Assembly: GCA_963727775.1 (NCBI GenBank)
Contig: CAVSHB010000001.1
Span: 320,001-384,000, forward strand
Origin: an uncultured Nitrospiraceae bacterium
GTDB lineage: Bacteria > Nitrospirota > Thermodesulfovibrionia > Thermodesulfovibrionales > SM23-35
Length of the DNA: 64,000 bases
Direction: 5' to 3'
Shown here: one piece after another, positions 58,665 through 64,000 of the stretch
How positions within the stretch are numbered: the stretch's first letter is position 1
Layout of the letters: the number at the start of each line of letters is the position of its first letter
Made by a program: the position numbers and the translations under genes
The notes under the pieces: model-generated
Seen by the model: only the letters and a program-made list of their open reading frames with translations
What the model was told of the DNA's origin: nothing
Databases searched by the model: none

Positions 58665-59678
58665 TTAATAAGCGCTTTTTAATAATCCCTTTAATTCAAT
58701 GAGGGTTTTGAAAACCTTCTGCGTTTCTTCAATGCTCCTTGACCCGGTGCCGCACGACGGCGTCAACAGCATTTGCGACAACAAGAGGTCTCCGGGCAGC
58801 AACTTTGATAACCGCTCAATCCCGACATCAAAGCGTTTCTTTATTGAGGAGGCATCTTCTCCCATGATAGCTTCGGTTGTCGGGACGATCCCCCATGCGA
58901 GATAGCCGCCATTTCTCAGAAATCCGGCGAATTCCGCAGGGTATATCGAGACTGTATCGAGATAATCATAGGCGTCGAAGCTGATGACATCGGCCCCGCT
59001 GTTTATTATCAGAGGCCAGTCAGCCTTACTGCAGCAATGAATGCCGGGAATGCCGCCTGCCTGTTTAATGGAATCCGAAGTTTCTCTCAGAAGCCTCAGC
59101 GCCTCATCGGGGGCTACGCCGATATAACTTGAGCTGCCGAGGGCGGATAGGATAGGCTCGTCAATGAAGATAATCACCTGATCGGCGGATTGCTTCAGCA
59201 GTTCGACCTGCCATCTTATTTTGGCCTTTAGGACCAAAAGAGAAATCTCCCGCAGTTCCTCGTCAAAATAGATAAGCCTGTTTCCCGAGTCTTTGAGTCC
59301 CAAGGTAAAAGTCAAAGGTCCGGTAACGTGTCCTTTAAGGAATTGAAAATGTCTGTCTTTTATCATCCCCAAAAATGTGTGAAGCCCTTTTGCAAATGTC
59401 GCCGAAACGGCAACCTGCCGGTCTTCAGTATAAGTCTCGTAGAAATTTGTTAGGTCGTCTCCGTGTCCTCTATCAATCCAGACGGTCTCCCTTGTTTCGT
59501 TGATCTTTAAAAATGGGATGCCTTCTGAAAACTGGGGGACCATCGATTCAAGGAATGATAATGCGGGCAACTGCGGCCAAAAAGGGATATCGAATGTTTC
59601 GAGCACAAGTCTGCATGCTTCCTCGGGGTCGGTATGAGGAAGACTTCCAATGCCGGTTGTTAAAAATGGAGTAAACAT
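58665..59678 (-). CDS. Cobalamin-independent methionine synthase (MetE C-terminal)-like protein
   Basis: TGIGSLP, WPQLP, TGPLT, IDEP, GIHCC, TPSCG. Confidence 0.8.
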   Translation of the reverse strand: MFTPFLTTGIGSLPHTDPEEACRLVLETFDIPFWPQLPALSFLESMVPQFSEGIPFLKINETRETVWIDRGHGDDLTNFYETYTEDRQVAVSATFAKGLHTFLGMIKDRHFQFLKGHVTGPLTFTLGLKDSGNRLIYFDEELREISLLVLKAKIRWQVELLKQSADQVIIFIDEPILSALGSSSYIGVAPDEALRLLRETSDSIKQAGGIPGIHCCSKADWPLIINSGADVISFDAYDYLDTVSIYPAEFAGFLRNGGYLAWGIVPTTEAIMGEDASSIKKRFDVGIERLSKLLPGDLLLSQMLLTPSCGTGSRSIEETQKVFKTLIELKGLLKSAY

Positions 59679-59695
59679 CTGTCTCAGGTTCGGTA

Positions 59696-59739
59696 TTTTT
59701 AACAGGTCCGCCCCTTTCAAGGGGCGGACCTGTTAAAAA
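59696..59739. terminator. Bidirectional intrinsic terminator
   Basis: TTTTTAACAGGTCCGCCCC-TTTCAA-GGGGCGGACCTGTTAAAAA. Confidence 0.85.
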
Positions 59740-59754
59740 GGTCATATAAAATAC

Positions 59755-59853
59755 TTATTTACTTTTTCTTCTCTGGAATTTTGTCTTCTTCCTCAGCTTA
59801 TCGTGTTTATGCTTGCTCATTTTCTTTTTGCGCCATTTTTTAACGTTTCCCAC
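59755..59853 (-). CDS. bS22 / AURKAIP1-COX24-like small basic ribosomal protein (32 aa)
   Basis: MGNVKKWRKKKMSKHKHDKLRKKTKFQRRKSK; GAGGAGG RBS, GTG start, own terminator. Confidence 0.85.
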   Translation of the reverse strand: MGNVKKWRKKKMSKHKHDKLRKKTKFQRRKSK

Positions 59854-59935
59854 TCATTCACCTCCTCATATTAAGTAAACAGTAAACAGCTAACAGTAGA
59901 CAGGTAAAAAATATTGTTTTGTTGCTGAATACTGT

Positions 59936-62900
59936 TTACCGTCCACTGCCTGCTGTATTCTTTTTATATTCTCTCGCCTGGTCCATGAATGCCTCGATCT
60001 GCATCTCTGTTGTCGCTGATTCAGTCCCGTCATACGGTATGCTGATGCATGGAATCCCGTAGTCCCGGGTAACGCCTCTCAGGATTGCGGTAACAATAGT
60101 GCCCGGCATACAACCGAAAGGCATGGCATTTATGATCCCTGAAGCCCCTTTGTCTAAAAGATCGATGCTTTTCCCGATGCTTAAAACAGCCTCGCCCTCA
60201 AAAGAGCTATGTATATACGGTGAAGCCTTCTCAAGAATCTCTTCCGTCGCAGGTTCTTTCAGTGTCTTCAGAAATCCCTTAAAAAACTTTGCAGATTTAT
60301 GCTCTATCCTTAGCTGGAAGAACCTTTTCAGGAGAAAATTAATAATAGCAGACTTTTCCTTTTTTAACAACGCCTTCTTTAGACCCATCAGGTTTACATA
60401 GTAAATCCATTCCTCCGCAGGGGCGAGCCATACCTCACCGCCCAGCGCCTCAACCTTTCTTACAAGGTTTTCATTGGAGAACTTATGGGACCTGACAAAT
60501 ATCTCCCCGACTATCCCGATCAACGGCTTTCTGCCATTCTCCCTCGGCATATCCTCAAAATCTTTTCTCATTTCACCAAGGATCACTTCCAGTTTACCGT
60601 TATTGCTCGTTAATGACCGGTATAATTTTTTTAGATAATTCCGGTAAAGCTCGTCTGCAGAACCCTTGCTTTTTTCATATGGTCTTGTCTCATGAAGGCT
60701 CTTTGTAAGAAGTTCGTAGGCGATAATACCCTTCCATGCATGCATCGTAAAATCTTTTCCGACAATACCGAGGTCTTGATAAAAGGTTGTGTCCTGATTC
60801 GGTGAAAAAATCGGGACATCATTATAACCGAGTGTGTCAAGGACAGACCTATGAAAGACGTTATACTGGCCGAATCTGCATGGACCTGTGCCTGAAGGCA
60901 TGAAGAATGCGCTTTTCCCGGCAGTAAAGTCAGGTTCAAGCACCTTCTTTAACATGTCGCCTGTGGTGACCGCGCAAGGGTAACATTCCTTCCCGGAGAC
61001 ATATTTCTTGCCGAGGTCTGTTGTTTTTTTGTCGGATTCCGGGAGAACTTCCGCCTCTACACCGCAATGCTCGAAAGCGGCCGCAATTGCAAATGCGTGG
61101 TCCGACATGCGGGGGATGTAAACAATGCGCCCCCTGCCGAGTGATGTCTGGACATGTGAAGGTTTTCCCTGAGACTCGCGGCTTCCGGCGGCTTGCAATA
61201 CGGGTTCAGGTTGACGGTGTGATATGCTGTCAAGGAACGCCTCGCACCGCGTGATAGCGCCTGCATCGGCGCTGTGTTCATCGATCTCTATATGGAGGAA
61301 GGGTTTCTCTCCCATTTCTTTCTTGAAGTATTTCAGAATGAAAGAGTCGGGGCCGCAGGAGAAATTGCCTATATAAATTGCATAGAGGTTTTTCATGCCT
61401 TTGATAAACCGGGCGGTTTTTAATATCTTTTGCCCTGATCTCCAGTACATATTCGGCCATTCATCGTCTATTGAACGGCCTTCCAGCGGCAGGAAGTCAA
61501 AAGGGATTGACTGTATGCCGAGGTCTGCAAGTTTGCTCGGTATCTCAAGATTTACCCCGCTGTCGAGGGCATTGTAAGCCCTCCCGACGATAACGATTGC
61601 GTTGTCCTTCAATGAAGACAAGACTTCAGCGCTTTTTGCTTTTATTGCATCGGAAAATCTGTCCTGTGCGCTAAATGCCATATCTATTGCCTTTGATATG
61701 CCGGACCTTTTCAGCCTGAGCGGTTTGAAAGAACGCACGATTTCATTCGTCAGAAATTTTTTCCCGTGCTGCAGATCTACAACAGGCGCAATAACCCGAA
61801 TGGCGTCAAATGCGATCCGCGATACATAAGGGATTGATTGGGTATAGGGGCATGACAATCCTGTGCCTTTTTCTTCGGGATTATTAAGGTTAATAAAACT
61901 CGGCAGGAAAACGGCGTCGACATTTTTATCGAGCAGATACTGGATATGCCCGTGCGCGATCTTTACAGGGAAACAGGCTTCCGACAATACCCGCTCCAGT
62001 CCGAGATTAACTACCTGCCTGTTTGTCTTTGGAGACACCACCACTTCAAACCCGAGTTCCCATAGAAGTGTAGTCCAGAAAGGAAGGTAATCGTGAAAGA
62101 AAAAGATGTAGGGAATTCCAATTTTAAATTTTAAATTTTGAGTTTTGAGTTTTGAGTTTTCTTTTCGCTCTTCGTGCTCTTTCCATAACATTTCATCCCT
62201 GAACGAAAAGAGGTCAGGAAGGCCGGAGGTCTTTCTTTTCCTTATGTCATATTTTTCGCATCTCCCGCCGTAGAACAGAAAGCCTTGTTCACCGACAATC
62301 TTCACCCTGTTTATTTCACAGATATTCGGACACCCCTTGCACTCAAAAGACGATATCTCGTAAGGCCGCTGCGAAAGCTCAAACCCCTTAAAGGTAGTGA
62401 CGCGGCGACCTGTCCGTTCCCCCGTGCCTCCGTTTCCCCGTGCCTCTGATCCCTTATGTCCTTTTATCTCTGCGTCATTGCTTTTCATATGCTTCATGGC
62501 GATCATGGCCATGCCGATTGCTCCTGTAACATCATGGTCGGGAGGGACTGTTATATTTGCGCCGAGATATTTTTCGAAGGCGGCCACAACAGACTTGTTA
62601 AAGGCTACACCGCCCTGAAAGAATATATTTTTGCCGATCTTTTTCCCTGCAACGACCCTGTTTATATAATTCTGCACGATGGAGTACGCAAGTCCCGCGA
62701 GGAGGTCGTTCCTGTCGGCGCCCTTCTGAAGGTTTGCAAGCAGAGAATTCTCCATAAACACGGTGCACCTCTCCCCGAGCCTGCACGGATTTTTCGCAGA
62801 TAACGCATGCTGTTCGAACTCGCCTTTTATCGAGATATTCAGCTTCTCCGCCTGCTCTTCAAGAAAAGATCCCGTGCCGGCAGCACAGGCCTTATTCATC

Positions 62901-64000
62901 TCGAAATCAACGATGACGCCGTTTTCCAATGAGATGTATTTTGAGTCCTGGCCCCCGATCTCGAATATGGTGTCCACGTTTCCATCTATGAAAGCAGCTG
63001 CCGTAGCCTGGGCTGTAATCTCATTTTTTACAATGTCCGCGCCGACATAGTCAGCAATCATGTATCTGCCTGAGCCTGTAGTGCCGACCCCCAGGATCCT
63101 GACTTTGTTCGATATCTCATCTCCAATTTCCGCAAGCCCCTGTTTGACTGCATCAATGGGTCTTCCCGCAGTCATAAGGTATCTTTTAGCCAGGAGTTTT
63201 CCCTGCACATCAATAACAGCAAGATTGGTGCTGATAGATCCGATATCAATTCCGAGCCAGGCATCGATGAGTCCTGAGCCCTGGTCCTTAACGCCGGGGG
63301 CAGCAACATCGCCATGTTCTTTTCTTTCTAATCTCCCCTCGCGCTCCTTTGCTAAAATAGAGGCGAGGTGTTTACTTGCAGGTAGTGGATTCGGCTGATG
63401 ACTGACGGGCGATGACCCATTACCCAGAGGCGGATATCCCTCATCCGACGGCCTGTATGAGTTGAGAAAATTTTCAAGCAACACGATATCGAACCGGTTG
63501 GCGCTTCCCGTATGTATATTTTTCAGCGCGGCGCCGATCGCCCCCATGAGCGCGTAATCCTCAGGTACCAATAGATCATTAAGGCCGAAGATTTCCTTAA
63601 AGGCCCTCACCATACCGCTGTTTGCGGCAACTCCTCCCTGGAATGATACAGGAGGGATGATTTTTCGTCCCCTTGATATGGAACCTTTAAAATTCCTTGC
63701 AACTGCAAAACAGAGACCTGACACAATATCTTCGATAGGGGTCGCGATCTGCTGGAGATGGATCATATCGGACTTCGCGAATACACTGCACCTGCCTGCA
63801 ATCCTCGGAGGCCGCTCCGATTTAAGAGCCATGGCGCTCAATTCTTCTAGCGTGAGACGAAGCCTTTCCGCCTGCTGGTCCAGAAATGAACCGGTGCCTG
63901 CAGCGCACACGGAATTCATCGAGAAGTCTTTTATGGAGCGTCCGTTTTCACTCAAGAGGATGAGTTTTGAATCTTCTCCGCCCATCTCGATTATTGTCTT
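59936..64000 (-). CDS. Acyl-CoA dehydratase activase-related protein (two BadF/BcrAD ATPase domains + DUF2229-like), 5' end outside the window
   Basis: GGEDSK, CAAGTGSF (twice), GIDIGSIST, TTGSGR, PFGCMPG. Confidence 0.9.
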   Translation of the reverse strand, partial: KTIIEMGGEDSKLILLSENGRSIKDFSMNSVCAAGTGSFLDQQAERLRLTLEELSAMALKSERPPRIAGRCSVFAKSDMIHLQQIATPIEDIVSGLCFAVARNFKGSISRGRKIIPPVSFQGGVAANSGMVRAFKEIFGLNDLLVPEDYALMGAIGAALKNIHTGSANRFDIVLLENFLNSYRPSDEGYPPLGNGSSPVSHQPNPLPASKHLASILAKEREGRLERKEHGDVAAPGVKDQGSGLIDAWLGIDIGSISTNLAVIDVQGKLLAKRYLMTAGRPIDAVKQGLAEIGDEISNKVRILGVGTTGSGRYMIADYVGADIVKNEITAQATAAAFIDGNVDTIFEIGGQDSKYISLENGVIVDFEMNKACAAGTGSFLEEQAEKLNISIKGEFEQHALSAKNPCRLGERCTVFMENSLLANLQKGADRNDLLAGLAYSIVQNYINRVVAGKKIGKNIFFQGGVAFNKSVVAAFEKYLGANITVPPDHDVTGAIGMAMIAMKHMKSNDAEIKGHKGSEARGNGGTGERTGRRVTTFKGFELSQRPYEISSFECKGCPNICEINRVKIVGEQGFLFYGGRCEKYDIRKRKTSGLPDLFSFRDEMLWKEHEERKENSKLKTQNLKFKIGIPYIFFFHDYLPFWTTLLWELGFEVVVSPKTNRQVVNLGLERVLSEACFPVKIAHGHIQYLLDKNVDAVFLPSFINLNNPEEKGTGLSCPYTQSIPYVSRIAFDAIRVIAPVVDLQHGKKFLTNEIVRSFKPLRLKRSGISKAIDMAFSAQDRFSDAIKAKSAEVLSSLKDNAIVIVGRAYNALDSGVNLEIPSKLADLGIQSIPFDFLPLEGRSIDDEWPNMYWRSGQKILKTARFIKGMKNLYAIYIGNFSCGPDSFILKYFKKEMGEKPFLHIEIDEHSADAGAITRCEAFLDSISHRQPEPVLQAAGSRESQGKPSHVQTSLGRGRIVYIPRMSDHAFAIAAAFEHCGVEAEVLPESDKKTTDLGKKYVSGKECYPCAVTTGDMLKKVLEPDFTAGKSAFFMPSGTGPCRFGQYNVFHRSVLDTLGYNDVPIFSPNQDTTFYQDLGIVGKDFTMHAWKGIIAYELLTKSLHETRPYEKSKGSADELYRNYLKKLYRSLTSNNGKLEVILGEMRKDFEDMPRENGRKPLIGIVGEIFVRSHKFSNENLVRKVEALGGEVWLAPAEEWIYYVNLMGLKKALLKKEKSAIINFLLKRFFQLRIEHKSAKFFKGFLKTLKEPATEEILEKASPYIHSSFEGEAVLSIGKSIDLLDKGASGIINAMPFGCMPGTIVTAILRGVTRDYGIPCISIPYDGTESATTEMQIEAFMDQAREYKKNTAGSGR

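Noticed and set aside
1..64000. CRISPR arrays, tRNA/rRNA genes, defence systems; many short antisense ORFs in the track
   Set aside because: No repeat-spacer periodicity, cloverleaf, rRNA-like or cas/RT signatures seen by eye. The short ORFs overlap well-supported genes and lack motifs.

Overview
AT-moderate bacterial chromosome segment. Gene content and style suggest an anaerobic Nitrospirota or deltaproteobacteria-like organism (inference only). From left to right: a partial brnT toxin gene; a ppx / 2-oxoacid oxidoreductase beta+gamma / argA-like operon; rubredoxin and hisI; DUF4390-ntrY-ntrX; a second sigma-54 two-component pair followed by two TSUP(TauE)/universal-stress-protein modules with sigma-54/IHF promoters. 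Next comes a ~9.5 kb nest of mobile elements (17.8-27.3 kb): two IS110-family elements whose 3' non-coding ends contain bridge-RNA-like hairpins matching their own insertion sites, and a decayed integrase+IS91-type element interrupted by an intact RIT element. After that lie tatA/Tim44, a P-type ATPase, dedA and a NodIJ-like ABC pair. A phoB-phoR-linked cluster (porin, GH1, CBS-kinase+receiver, PHP phosphoesterase, ceramide-glucosyltransferase-like GT, small Cys-rich protein) carries four Pho-box-like 11-bp-periodic sites. The window ends with cspA, an IS1380 element, hrcA-grpE-dnaK-dnaJ with CIRCE, an adenylate cyclase, several gene remnants, a MetE-like gene, a tiny bS22-like ribosomal protein gene and a partial acyl-CoA dehydratase activase gene. 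No rRNA, tRNA or CRISPR array was seen. All family calls come from motif recognition by eye, not from database searches.
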